Below, piece by piece: positions 39,492 to 49,416 of a stretch of 64,000 bases of DNA. Numbering within the stretch: the stretch's first letter is position 1; every line of letters starts with the position of its first letter. Source of the stretch: Myxococcota bacterium (GTDB taxonomy: Bacteria > Myxococcota_A > Polyangia > Polyangiales > Sandaracinaceae); contig JAYZQJ010000019.1 in the NCBI GenBank assembly GCA_036149055.1, forward strand, positions 1-64,000, read 5' to 3'. The position numbers and the translations under genes are program-made. The notes under the pieces are model-generated. The model was given only the letters and a program-made list of their open reading frames with translations, did no database searches and was not told the DNA's origin.

Positions 39492-42400
39492 GTGGGCTTC
39501 CCTTCGCGTCTCCCGGTCGCGCTGACCGCGCTCCTCGCGCTCGCCGCCTGTGATCCAGGTAAGAGCGGCGTGCAGATCGAGCTCTACGCGCAGGCCGATG
39601 TCTCCCAGCTCGCGGTGACCGTCGTCTCGCTCGACTCGCCGAGCCTCCCCGCCGCGATGCCGGCGCCGCGCACCTTCACCCCCGCGCGCAGCGTGAGCGA
39701 GATCGACGCGGCCCCGCTCCGGGTGGGGATCGAGCTCGACGCGCCGGCCACCATCCTCGTGCACATGGTGGCGACGACCCCCGACGGCGGCCGCCTGGTG
39801 GCCACCCGCTGCTACGGGGTCAGCGGCGTCGTGACCGACTCCGTCGTGCTGGTCGGCCCGGTCGACGCGCTCGACATCGACGGCGACACCTGGCTCGCCG
39901 ACGCCCAGACCTCCTGCCGCGAGCCGGCCGAGGGCGGCGGGGAGCGGGCCTGCGAGGACACCGACTTCCTCTGCCCGGACATGCGAGCGAGCGACTGCGA
40001 CGACGCGGACGCGACCATCTTCCCGGGCGCCCCCTTCCAGTGCCAGAACGGCGTCGACGAGGACTGCGACGGCGACGTCGACGAGGCCTGCGGCGACAAC
40101 GACGGGGACGGGGTGGACGCCTGCGCGCCCGGCGCGTCGGTGGGCTGCGACTGCAACGACAACAACCCCGCCATCAACCCGCGCGCGGTGGACACCTGCC
40201 TCGACGGGATCGATCAGGACTGCGACGGCGCGGACGCCTGCTGCGACGAGGACGGCGACGGCATCGAGCAGTGCAGCCTCGAGGACCGCTTCCCCGACTG
40301 CGTGGACCGCCCCAGCCAGTGCGACGGTTGCGACCCGAGCGCCATCAACCCGGCCGCGACCGAGGTGTGCGACGCCGTCGACAACAACTGCAACGGCCTG
40401 ACCGACGAGCTCGACGAGTGCCGGGACGCCGACGACGACGGCGACGGCTACCCCGCCTGCGGCCTCGAGGATCCGGGCGACCCCTGCGAGCCGCGAGAGT
40501 GGGACTGCGACCCGGCGATCCACCCGGACGCGCGCGAGCGCTGCGGCAACTCGATCGACGAGGACCTCGACGGCATGCTCGACGAGAGCTGCCCGCCCGG
40601 CGACATGGATCGCGACGGGCAGGAGCCGCCGGTCGACTGCGACGACAGCGACCCGCTGACCTACCGCCGCGGCATGAACGAGCCGGTCATCGACCGCTGC
40701 GAGGACGGCGTGGCCCAGAGCTGCCTCCTCGACGACGACCGGAGCTGCGCCGACGACACCGACGGCGACGGCTACGTCGAGCCCGAGACCTGCGAGATGG
40801 CGATGGGCGCGGTGCCGGGCGCGATGATCAACCCCGACCAGGCCGACCACTGCGCCGGCGGGGTCATGGGGACCGACGGCTGCTGCGACGGCGCGGACAA
40901 CAACTGCGACGGCGTCATCGACGAGGTGCTCGACGAGACCGGCTCGGTCGGCTGCGTGACCGCGGGCTTCGTGCGCTACGCCGACTCCTTCACCAACTGC
41001 GGCGGCTGCCGCATGGCCTGCGACATCGCGACCGCCGATCAGTGCACCGCGGGGGCGTGCGACTGCGCCTCCGAGCCGGGCGTCGGGGCGTGCGAGGGCG
41101 CGACCCCGAACTGCTGCGGCGGCGGCATCGGCTGCGTCGATCTGATGGCCGACCCGAACAACTGCGGCGCGTGCGGGCGGAGCTGCGGCGAGGGCGAGAG
41201 CTGCGTGGCCGGCGTCTGCGCGTGTGGCGCGGCGCGCGGCACCATGGACGAGCGTCAGGCGTGCCCGGAGGCGGCCGGCGCGGCGGGCCGCGAGGCCAAC
41301 GTCTGCTGCGGCGGGAGCTGCATCGACGTCACCGGCGACGTGAACAACTGCGGCGGCTGCGACGTGCGCTGCGGCCCGAGCACCGTCTGCACCGACCGGA
41401 TCTGCGGCTGCAGCATGCCCAACCTGGCGAGCTGCAACGGCATGCTCCCCGACGCCGACGGCTGCGAGACCGACACGCTGAGCAGCCTCGCGCACTGCGG
41501 CGGGTGCGGGCGCCGCTGCTCGCTGTCGAACGCCGGCGAGACCTGCAACGCGGGCTCCTGCGAGATCACGACCTGCGAGGCCAACTTCGACGACTGCAAC
41601 GGCCTCGACCGCGACGGCTGCGAGATCGATCTCCGCACCCTGGCCAACTGCAACGCGTGCGGCGTCACCTGCGACCTGGCCAGGGCGAGCGAGACCTGCG
41701 CCAGCCGCCGCTGCGAGATCGTCGCCTGCCAGAGCGGCTGGGCCGACTGCGACGCGAACGACGCCAACGGCTGCGAGCGCCGCCTGGGCACGGTGTCGGA
41801 CTGCGCGAGCTGCGGCGACACGTGCAGCCTGCCGAACGCGACCCCGATGTGCAGCGGCGGCACCTGCCGCATCGCGACCTGCAACGACGGGTGGGCGAAC
41901 TGCGACGGCAACGACGCCAACGGCTGCGAGACCAACATCGACACGGACGCGAGCTGCGGCGCCTGCGGCAACAACTGCGGCCCCAACGCCAGCTGCGTCT
42001 CGCGCATGTGCGTGTGCGATCCCGGCCGCCTCGACTGCTCGGCCGGCGCCCCCTACTGCGAGGTCCCCTTCTCCACCTCGAACTGCGGCGCCTGCGGCAC
42101 GACCTGCGGCACCAACGAGACCTGCAACGCCTCCGGCGACTGCGCGTGCGGCGGGACCACCCGGCCGACCGGCCCGGCCTGCGTCTCGGGCCAGGGCTGC
42201 TGCGGCGGGGGCTGCGTGCCCCTCAACACGACGACCAACTGCGGCAGCTGCGGGGTCACCTGCGACGCGGGCGAGACCTGCAACGGCACCTCGTGCCGCT
42301 GCGGCGGCGGCCCGGCCTGCGCGGGCGCCGACAGCTGCTGCGGCGGCAGCTGCGTCGACACCACCACCGACGAGAACCACTGCGGCGGCTGCGGGACCAC

Positions 42401-42806
42401 CTGCGACATGGGCGAGACCTGCACCGGCTCGAGCTGCCGCTGCGAGGGCGGCCCCGCGTGCAGCGGGAGCGACGTGTGCTGCGCCGGAGACGGCTGCGCC
42501 GACCTGATGAACGACGTGAACAACTGCGGCGGCTGCGGCGTGAGCTGCGGCGCCGGCGAGATGTGCAGCGGCGGCCGCTGCGTCTGCAACGGCGACATGG
42601 GCTCGGTCGGCGGCGGCGCCGCCTGCGGCGGCCTCACCCCGACCTGCTGCGCCGACGGCTGCACCGACACCGACACCGACGCCGACCACTGCAACATGTG
42701 CGGCAACCGGTGCATGGGCGCGCGCGTCTGCATCGCCGGCTCCTGCGTGATGAGCGGCATGCCCGACAGCGGCATGCCCGACGGCGGCATGCCCGACGGC
42801 GGCTGA
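39492..42806 (+). CDS. Giant Cys-rich lipoprotein (MopE-like and Stig1-like repeats), about 1104 aa
   Basis: Lipobox LAAC; DCDD..IFPGA..CQNGVDEDCDG repeats, then D.NNCGAC and CD.NDANGCE repeats. GTG start chosen from the TGaTATGCT box; ATG 39480 is an alternative. Confidence 0.85.
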   Translation: MGFPSRLPVALTALLALAACDPGKSGVQIELYAQADVSQLAVTVVSLDSPSLPAAMPAPRTFTPARSVSEIDAAPLRVGIELDAPATILVHMVATTPDGGRLVATRCYGVSGVVTDSVVLVGPVDALDIDGDTWLADAQTSCREPAEGGGERACEDTDFLCPDMRASDCDDADATIFPGAPFQCQNGVDEDCDGDVDEACGDNDGDGVDACAPGASVGCDCNDNNPAINPRAVDTCLDGIDQDCDGADACCDEDGDGIEQCSLEDRFPDCVDRPSQCDGCDPSAINPAATEVCDAVDNNCNGLTDELDECRDADDDGDGYPACGLEDPGDPCEPREWDCDPAIHPDARERCGNSIDEDLDGMLDESCPPGDMDRDGQEPPVDCDDSDPLTYRRGMNEPVIDRCEDGVAQSCLLDDDRSCADDTDGDGYVEPETCEMAMGAVPGAMINPDQADHCAGGVMGTDGCCDGADNNCDGVIDEVLDETGSVGCVTAGFVRYADSFTNCGGCRMACDIATADQCTAGACDCASEPGVGACEGATPNCCGGGIGCVDLMADPNNCGACGRSCGEGESCVAGVCACGAARGTMDERQACPEAAGAAGREANVCCGGSCIDVTGDVNNCGGCDVRCGPSTVCTDRICGCSMPNLASCNGMLPDADGCETDTLSSLAHCGGCGRRCSLSNAGETCNAGSCEITTCEANFDDCNGLDRDGCEIDLRTLANCNACGVTCDLARASETCASRRCEIVACQSGWADCDANDANGCERRLGTVSDCASCGDTCSLPNATPMCSGGTCRIATCNDGWANCDGNDANGCETNIDTDASCGACGNNCGPNASCVSRMCVCDPGRLDCSAGAPYCEVPFSTSNCGACGTTCGTNETCNASGDCACGGTTRPTGPACVSGQGCCGGGCVPLNTTTNCGSCGVTCDAGETCNGTSCRCGGGPACAGADSCCGGSCVDTTTDENHCGGCGTTCDMGETCTGSSCRCEGGPACSGSDVCCAGDGCADLMNDVNNCGGCGVSCGAGEMCSGGRCVCNGDMGSVGGGAACGGLTPTCCADGCTDTDTDADHCNMCGNRCMGARVCIAGSCVMSGMPDSGMPDGGMPDGG

Positions 42807-42857
42807 CCCGCGCCCGCTTGCACCCCCAACCCCCACGTAGTAGCCCGGCAGGCACTC

Positions 42858-44141
42858 ATGGAGCACTTCGGTAGCTCGGTTCCGCTCTGGGCGGTGATCC
42901 CCTTCGCGGTGATGCTGCTCGGGATCGCGGTGCTGCCGCTGGTCGCCCATCACTGGTGGGAGAGCAACAAGAACCGCGCGATCTTCACCGCGGTCGTCGC
43001 CACCCCGATGGTCGGCTACCTGCTGTGGAAGTTCCCGGTCGGCCTGCTGCACAGCGGCGAGGAGTACGTCTCCTTCATCGCGCTGCTCGGCTCGCTCTAC
43101 GTGATCGCCGGCGGCATCCACGTCTCGGGTGACCTGCGCGCCAGCCCCGGCACCAACACGGCCATCCTCGGCCTCGGCGCGGTGCTCGCGAACCTGATCG
43201 GCACCACCGGCGCGAGCATGCTGCTCATCCGCACGCTGCTCCGCACCAACGGGCAGCGCGAGCACGTCGCCCACCTGCCGTTCTTCTTCATCCTGCTGGT
43301 GTCGAACTGCGGCGGCCTGCTGACCCCGATGGGCGATCCGCCGCTCTTCCTCGGCTACCTGCGCGGCGTGCCCTTCACCTGGACGCTGAAGCTCTGGCCG
43401 TTCTGGCTGATGGCGGTCGGCTACCTCCTCGTCGTCTTCTACGTCTTCGACCGGCGCGCCTACGGCAAGGAGCAGGCGAAGAACATCGCGCGCGACGAGG
43501 TGGAGCGCGTGCCGCTCAGCGTGCAGGGCGCGATCAACGCCCCGCTCCTCGTCGGCGTCATCGGCGCGATCTTCCTGCCCATCGGCTGGCGCGAGGCGGT
43601 GATGGTCGCCCTCACCCTCATCAGCGTCTTCGCCGGCCCGCGCCCGGCGCGGAAGGCCAACGGCTTCACCTACGGGCCGATCCTCGAGGTCGCGATCCTC
43701 TTCGCGGGCATCTTCGTCACCATGGTGCCGGCGCTCGCGCTGCTCGAGTCGCGAGGCGACGAGCTCGGCCTCGACGCGCCCTGGCAGTTCTTCCTGGTCA
43801 CCGGCGGCCTGAGCTCGATGCTCGACAACGCCCCGACCTACCTGACCTTCCTCGCCACCGCGATCGGCCTCGACATCCAGCAGGACGGCGCGGTGATGCT
43901 GCAGCTGACCGAGGGCGCGGTCCCCGAGACCTTCCTCGTCGCCATCAGCACGGCGGCGGTGTTCATGGGCGCCAACACCTACATCGGCAACGGCCCGAAC
44001 TTCATGGTGAAGGCCATCGCGGAGGAGGTCGGCTACCGCATGCCGAGCTTCTTCGGCTTCGCCCTCCGCGCCCTGATCGTGCTCCTCCCCATCTACATCG
44101 CGATGGTCGTCTACCTGTCCTTCGCCTGGCCTCCCGGCTGA
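42858..44141 (+). CDS. Putative sodium:proton antiporter (IT superfamily)
   Basis: IGTTGASMLL, GGLLTPMGDPPLFLGY, LSSMLDNAPTYL, GANTYIGNGPNFMVKAIAE. Confidence 0.88.
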   Translation: MEHFGSSVPLWAVIPFAVMLLGIAVLPLVAHHWWESNKNRAIFTAVVATPMVGYLLWKFPVGLLHSGEEYVSFIALLGSLYVIAGGIHVSGDLRASPGTNTAILGLGAVLANLIGTTGASMLLIRTLLRTNGQREHVAHLPFFFILLVSNCGGLLTPMGDPPLFLGYLRGVPFTWTLKLWPFWLMAVGYLLVVFYVFDRRAYGKEQAKNIARDEVERVPLSVQGAINAPLLVGVIGAIFLPIGWREAVMVALTLISVFAGPRPARKANGFTYGPILEVAILFAGIFVTMVPALALLESRGDELGLDAPWQFFLVTGGLSSMLDNAPTYLTFLATAIGLDIQQDGAVMLQLTEGAVPETFLVAISTAAVFMGANTYIGNGPNFMVKAIAEEVGYRMPSFFGFALRALIVLLPIYIAMVVYLSFAWPPG

Positions 44142-44448
44142 GCTTCCTGGAGGGTTTGGTGCAAACCCTCCCCCCATTGGGCAAAGCGCCAATGGGGCCA
44201 CCCTCCCGACTCCGTCGGCGCGTCGCGCTTCGCGCTCGCGCCGCGACCCCAGCGACGGGGCGCTGGGGGCCTTGCGGCTCGCGCTCGCGCTGCGCGCTCG
44301 CTGGCCGCCCGCTGCCGCGGGATCGAACACAGGTGGTGGTGGTCCGTGCGGCGACCTCGCTGCGCTCGTCGCCTGCCGTCGTCTCGGGTCTGCGTCGTGG
44401 AAGCGGGCTCGGGCTGCCCCCGCGCAATTGTTTGCCACCTCCCGACTC
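44137..44448 (+). repeat. About 312-bp structured dispersed repeat, copy 1 (REP/MITE- or ncRNA-like)
   Basis: Aligns end to end with the reverse complement of 50799-51209; several hairpins, e.g. GGAGGGTTTG-gtg-CAAACCCTCC. Confidence 0.9.
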
Positions 44449-44513
44449 TCCACCCCGCCCCTGCCCCAGAAAAATTGCGGAACGTACGCAGAGTGCTCAA
44501 ACCTAGAGGAGAT

Positions 44514-46544
44514 ATGCGCGCATCGATCGGCTGCTGGATCGGGCTCCTCGTGACCGCGTGCGCCGGAGGCCCCGCGACGACGGGGCCGGCGGCGGACGAG
44601 GAGACGACCGTCACCGAGGCGACGCGCCCGCCGCGGACCGACAACGCGGGCGCCGAGGAGCCGTCGCGCCCCGACTCGGGGCCGATCCCCGTCTTCGCGG
44701 GCGGGGAGGAGGTCGGCCGGGTCAGCCGCGAGGACGCGCGGCGCCGCGGGCTGACGGTGATCGACCTCGGCGACGCCTGGACGCCGCGCATCCTGCGGGG
44801 CGCGCCGGAGCTCGGCAGCGAGGGGCAGCAGCCCTACGCGGCGCGCTACTCGCGGCTCGCGAACGAGCAGACCCGCCAGCAGCGCCGCGACCCGACCGAG
44901 CGACACCTGGAGCTCTTCGGCATCTTCCCCACCGTCGACGTGGTGCGGCGGCGCCTCGCCGATCGGGAGCGACACGCCTGCCACGACGCGGTGGACGACG
45001 CGCCGATCGAGGCGCTCGAGGAGTCGCTCCGCCCCGGCGCCGACCGCGCCGAGCAGCGTCGCCGGGTGGGCGCCATCCGCTGGATCACCAGCCGCCTCGA
45101 GCGGGTGGCCCGGAGGCGCCGCCTGGACTCGATCGACGCGCTGGCCGACGACGACGAGTACGGCCGTCAGCTGCGGCGCCTCCGGCAGCTCGAGGCCACG
45201 GTGGCCGCCATCGACGCGGTGCAAGCCCACCTGCGCTGCGAGGGCACGCTGCACGCTCGGGCGCGCGACGGAGTGCTCGACGCCTGGACGGGGCGAGGTC
45301 TCCGCGCGTGGCAGAGCAAGCACATGATCATCAGCCTCGCCTCGAGGCTCGACGACGCGACGCGGGCCACCCTGGCGATGGACAGCCGGGAGCTCGACTT
45401 CCGCTCGCTCCTCCGGGTGCTGCGCGAGCGGGTGGTCGACGCGAGCGGCGTCATCGAGGACGGCACCGCGAGCAACCAATGGGGCACCGTGCTCGGCCGG
45501 CAGCTCGAGGTGGACGAGGAGTTCCGCTGGGCCGAGCGGCTCGATCCGCTCCCGAACGGCGCCCCCGATCTCGTCTCTCGCTTCACCGACGCGGCGGCGA
45601 CCGAGCTCGGCTGGACCGACCCGGCGGCGGCGCTCGCCTGGATCGAGGCGCACGCCGCCGAGCGCACCGACGAGAACCTCGTGGCGGTCCGCCTCCCGGA
45701 GCGGCCCGACTACCACGCCGAGCACATGGACCTGCGGGTCGAGATCGACCGCGGCGACGTCTGGTACACGTTCCCCTACACCGACGAAGGCCGCCCGCGC
45801 GGCTTCCCGGTGCGCAACCGCCCCACCACCACGATCTTCGCGCGCCGCCCGAACGGGCAGGAGGTCGCGCTCGTCCGGTGGAACACGACGATCGGCGGCT
45901 GGCAGCCCGAGATGAACCCCGAGGGCGGGGTCGGCATGCGCTACAAGGAGTCCGACGTCGGTGAGCGCGTGTGGCGCGACGTGATCGCGAGCCCCGCGTG
46001 GCTCCCGCCCCCGGCCACCCCGGACGACGAGCTGATGCGGCGGCGCGGCGATCGGTGGTTCGTGAACGACTCGATCACCGGCCCCGGCTACGACAGCGCC
46101 TACGGCCTGGCGATGGTCATCCACCACCAGATCCTCGGGGATGGCGAGGACGAGGACGACTGGCGGGACAACGGGATCCGGAGCCACGGCTCGGTGAGCT
46201 ACCGCTCGATCCTCCGCGGCTACAGCCACGGCTGCCACCGCCTCTTCAACCACCTCGCGGTGCGCATGACCTCGTTCCTGCTTAACCGCCGACGCCACGA
46301 GGTCCGCGGGCGCATCCCCGCCTCGCTCCGTCGCGAGCTCCACCCGGAGGGCGCCGAGGAGCCACTCACCCTCGAGATCACCAACCGCGGCTTCCTCTTC
46401 GAGCTGACCCCGCCCGTCCCGGTCGAGGTCCTCCGCGGCAACGTCCGCGGCCGCCCCACCCGCGCGCCCGCCGGCTTCTTCCCGCTCCCGGAGGAGCTGC
46501 AGGAGCAGGCGCGCGAGCAGCTCTCCGAGGACCCGAGCCCGTAG
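44514..46544 (+). CDS. L,D-transpeptidase (YkuD-like) lipoprotein with peptidoglycan-binding-like region
   Basis: GAGGAG RBS; lipobox VTAC; DGVLDAWTGRGLRAWQ; SPAWLPP; IRSHGS..YSHGCHRL catalytic motif. Confidence 0.82.
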   Translation: MRASIGCWIGLLVTACAGGPATTGPAADEETTVTEATRPPRTDNAGAEEPSRPDSGPIPVFAGGEEVGRVSREDARRRGLTVIDLGDAWTPRILRGAPELGSEGQQPYAARYSRLANEQTRQQRRDPTERHLELFGIFPTVDVVRRRLADRERHACHDAVDDAPIEALEESLRPGADRAEQRRRVGAIRWITSRLERVARRRRLDSIDALADDDEYGRQLRRLRQLEATVAAIDAVQAHLRCEGTLHARARDGVLDAWTGRGLRAWQSKHMIISLASRLDDATRATLAMDSRELDFRSLLRVLRERVVDASGVIEDGTASNQWGTVLGRQLEVDEEFRWAERLDPLPNGAPDLVSRFTDAAATELGWTDPAAALAWIEAHAAERTDENLVAVRLPERPDYHAEHMDLRVEIDRGDVWYTFPYTDEGRPRGFPVRNRPTTTIFARRPNGQEVALVRWNTTIGGWQPEMNPEGGVGMRYKESDVGERVWRDVIASPAWLPPPATPDDELMRRRGDRWFVNDSITGPGYDSAYGLAMVIHHQILGDGEDEDDWRDNGIRSHGSVSYRSILRGYSHGCHRLFNHLAVRMTSFLLNRRRHEVRGRIPASLRRELHPEGAEEPLTLEITNRGFLFELTPPVPVEVLRGNVRGRPTRAPAGFFPLPEELQEQAREQLSEDPSP

Positions 46545-46547
46545 ACG

Positions 46548-47444
46548 CTACCGGTGGCGGGCGAGCTGGCGGACGAACGCGCCGGCGCTCTCGGGGCGCT
46601 CCGCCGGGACGCGGCTGAGCGCGGCGGCGAAGATCGCGTCGAGCTCGACCGGCAGGTGCGGCGCGTGACTCGAGAGCGGCGCCGGATCGTCGAGGACCTT
46701 GGCGGTCATCACGCCCATCGGGGTGTCGGCGTCGTGCGGCGGGACGCCGGCGAGCATCTCGTAGGCGACGCAGGCGAGCGCGTAGACGTCGCCGGTCGCG
46801 TCGGACATCGCGCCCTCGCACGCCTCGGGCGGCAGGTAGTGCGGCGTGCCGAGCAGGATGCCGGCCCGGGTCAGCTTCTCGGCCGCGTCGCGCACGCTCA
46901 CGACGCCGAAGTCGACGAGCTTCACCATCGCCCCGTAGCCGGTCTGGGCGAGGAAGAGGTTCGAGGGCTTCACGTCGCGGTGCACGATGCCGAGGGCGTG
47001 GAGCGCGTCGAGCGCGCTCGAGACCGGCGCGAGCCAGCGGAGGGCGCCTTCGATGTCGAAGCGCTCGCCTCGCTCGAGCGACGCCTCGAGGTCCTCGCCG
47101 CGCAGCAGCTCCATCGCGAGGAACGGCAGGCGCACGCCGCCGACGTCGGCCTCGCCGAGGTCGACGACCTCGACCACGTGCGGGTGGCGGATGGACGCGG
47201 CGACCCGCGCCTCGCGCTCGAAGCGGGCCCGGGCCGTGTGGTTCTCGGCCACGTCGCGGTGCAGGAGCTTCAGCGCCACCTCGCGACCGAGCAGCACGTG
47301 CTCCGCCTCCCAGACCTCGCCCATGCCGCCCTGCTGCAGGAAGCGCTTGAGGCGATAGCGGTCCGCGACGAGGGCCCCGGCGCCGTGCTGGGACGACGGG
47401 GAGCTCGAGAGGGGGCTGGCGAGGGTCGGGGCGGACATCGTCAT
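46548..47444 (-). CDS. Cytoplasmic Ser/Thr protein kinase (kinase domain only)
   Basis: GGMGEV, VALKLL, HRDVKPSN, DFG, GTPHYLPPE; exact start uncertain. Confidence 0.88.
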   Translation of the reverse strand: MTMSAPTLASPLSSSPSSQHGAGALVADRYRLKRFLQQGGMGEVWEAEHVLLGREVALKLLHRDVAENHTARARFEREARVAASIRHPHVVEVVDLGEADVGGVRLPFLAMELLRGEDLEASLERGERFDIEGALRWLAPVSSALDALHALGIVHRDVKPSNLFLAQTGYGAMVKLVDFGVVSVRDAAEKLTRAGILLGTPHYLPPEACEGAMSDATGDVYALACVAYEMLAGVPPHDADTPMGVMTAKVLDDPAPLSSHAPHLPVELDAIFAAALSRVPAERPESAGAFVRQLARHR

Positions 47445-47667
47445 CACGCGACTCAACGGCGGACCGGGTCGCGACTGGAGTCCTAGGACCGTCCACGAAG
47501 ACTGCAACCATCCGTCACGAGCGGATGCTCACACCCCGGCGCCCCGACCCGTCCCATGCGGCCATGGCCGTGTCTTTCGTGCGTCGTTCGCGGTCCGGGG
47601 GAGGAGTCGGCAAGGAGGTCGTACACAACGGCCCGGGCCTGGTAGACTCCCGAACGCGGCCCCCACC

Positions 47668-49020
47668 ATGAACGCCCCCCGCGACCGAAAGCCTCCCACC
47701 CTTCAGCGACTGGTGGCGATGTTCCGCTCGGCGCTCGAGGCGCTGGGCCACTCGCCCGCCGAGCCGGAGCTCGAGGAGTGGGCGGTGCTCATCCACGCGA
47801 GCATGAGCGGCCGCGGCCGCAGCTATCACACCGTGGAGCACGTCTTCGCGGTGAGCGGCGGCACCGACCCGATCGGTGTGCTGGCGGTGCTCTTCCACGA
47901 CACGGTCTACTGCGAGGTCGACGGAGGCCTGCCCCGCGGGCTCGAGCCGCACCTCGCCGACGCCCTCGAGGTGGAGGACGGGCAGGTGGAGCTCGGCGCC
48001 TTCGACCCGAAGGAGGACCCGCTCCGGGCGCTGGTCGCGCGGCTCTTCGGCTTCACCCCCGGCCAGGGCGTCACCTTCCAGTCCGGGCTGAACGAGCTGG
48101 CGAGCGCGCTCCTGGCGGTGCGGGCGCTGCGCTCGCACCTGACGCCGTCGGAGCTGGCCCAGGTCGTCACCTGCATCGAGGCGACCATCCCCTTCCGCCC
48201 GCAGGAGGCCGAGGAGACCCTGGCCTCCCGGCTGGCCGAGGCCGACCGGGAGCACGCGCTGGGGCTCGGCGAGGCGGGCGTCGACGCGGCGGTGCGGCGG
48301 GCGGTCAACGTGGCCAACCGCGACGTGGGCAACTTCGCCTACGAGGATCCGGCCGCCTTCCTGAGCCACACCTGGGAGATCCTCCCGGAGACCAACCCGA
48401 CCCTGCGCATGCCGGCCTACACGCTCGGCGAATACCGGCAGGCGATGGCGCGCATGGAGGGCTTCTTCGGCACCCTGAACGCGGAGCGGGTCTACCGCGT
48501 GTTCCGGGGCACGCCCCCGGTGGAGGAGCTCGCGAGCCTGCTCGAGCGCTCCCGCAGGAACCTCGCGCGCGGCACCCGCTACCTGCGCGAGAAGCTGCTG
48601 AGCGCGCGGCTGCTCGAGACGTTCGCCAACCTCACCGGCGGCGACGCGCCGGTCTCGCTCTTCATGGGCGACCTGCCGCACGAGGGCGAGTCCGACAGCC
48701 TGCGCCTCGAGCACATGCTGCCCCGGCTCGACGGGCCGAACGCGAGCGACGTCGACCCCGACGTGCTCCGCCTGCTCGAAGAGGGCCGCAAGAAGGAGTC
48801 CGCCTTCGACCTGCGTCACTCCCCGCTCGCGGCCTACCTCTACGCGCGCCTCGGCGACGCGGCGAGCGACCGCGCGCTGGCCGCCGACGACGGCTGGCCG
48901 CTCCTCGAGGCCCTCCCCGCCGCGCACGTGATCGAGATCGCGAGCCTCTGCCAGCCGATCGCGGTCACCCGCGCCAGCGGCCTCGCCGCGATCGTCGCTC
49001 GCCTCCAGAGCGCCGGCTGA
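47668..49020 (+). CDS. HD-superfamily-like metal-dependent hydrolase, hypothetical
   Basis: RSYHTVEH..LAVLFHDTVY..IEATIPF..ANRD pattern. Confidence 0.65.
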   Translation: MNAPRDRKPPTLQRLVAMFRSALEALGHSPAEPELEEWAVLIHASMSGRGRSYHTVEHVFAVSGGTDPIGVLAVLFHDTVYCEVDGGLPRGLEPHLADALEVEDGQVELGAFDPKEDPLRALVARLFGFTPGQGVTFQSGLNELASALLAVRALRSHLTPSELAQVVTCIEATIPFRPQEAEETLASRLAEADREHALGLGEAGVDAAVRRAVNVANRDVGNFAYEDPAAFLSHTWEILPETNPTLRMPAYTLGEYRQAMARMEGFFGTLNAERVYRVFRGTPPVEELASLLERSRRNLARGTRYLREKLLSARLLETFANLTGGDAPVSLFMGDLPHEGESDSLRLEHMLPRLDGPNASDVDPDVLRLLEEGRKKESAFDLRHSPLAAYLYARLGDAASDRALAADDGWPLLEALPAAHVIEIASLCQPIAVTRASGLAAIVARLQSAG

Positions 49021-49377
49021 TCAGAGCAGCGCCTCGCGCCACTCGGCCTCTTTGAAGCCGACCAGCACGACGCCGTCGCCGATCGCCAGCGGCCGCTTGA
49101 TGAGCTTTCCGTCGGCGGCGAGCGCGTCGATCGCCTCGCCGTCGCTCATCGACGGGAGCTTCTCCTTGAAGCCGCCCTGCCGGTAGGACTGCCCCGAGGT
49201 GTTGAAGAAGCGCTTGAGCGCGTGCCCGGAGTCCTTCCACGCCTTCTTCAGCTTGGTCTTGGCGGGGGGCTTCTCGGTGATGTCGACGGACTGGTACTCG
49301 ACGCCGTTCGCGTCGAGCCACTTCAGCGCCTTCCGGCAGGTGCTGCACTTCGGGTACTGGTACACGGTCAGGCTCAT
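49021..49377 (-). CDS. ArsC/Spx/MgsR family protein, 118 aa
   Basis: YQYPKCSTCRKALKWL..FFNTSG..LIKRP..VGFKEAEW. Confidence 0.9.
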   Translation of the reverse strand: MSLTVYQYPKCSTCRKALKWLDANGVEYQSVDITEKPPAKTKLKKAWKDSGHALKRFFNTSGQSYRQGGFKEKLPSMSDGEAIDALAADGKLIKRPLAIGDGVVLVGFKEAEWREALL

Positions 49378-49416
49378 GGCGCGGACCCTAGCGCATCCGA
49401 TGCTACCGTCGGGGCC

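Noticed and set aside
44149..44200. GCAAACC...GCAAAG resemblance to a c-di-GMP-I (GEMM) riboswitch
   Set aside because: It lacks the GNRA tetraloop and receptor arrangement, and these bases sit in different perfect hairpins. An Rfam scan would settle it.
44156..44506. Similar short ORFs in both repeat copies (VQTLPPLGKAPMGPPSRLRR)
   Set aside because: The similarity follows from the DNA repeat. The frames diverge after the tandem region and the composition is not protein-like.
39348..46343. Very long ORFs antisense to, or in an alternative frame of, real genes (e.g. 2331 aa here; also 7714-11835, 57107-60661, 60409-63960)
   Set aside because: Shadow ORFs expected at very high GC with strong codon bias. 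They have no recognisable motifs and overlap well-supported genes.
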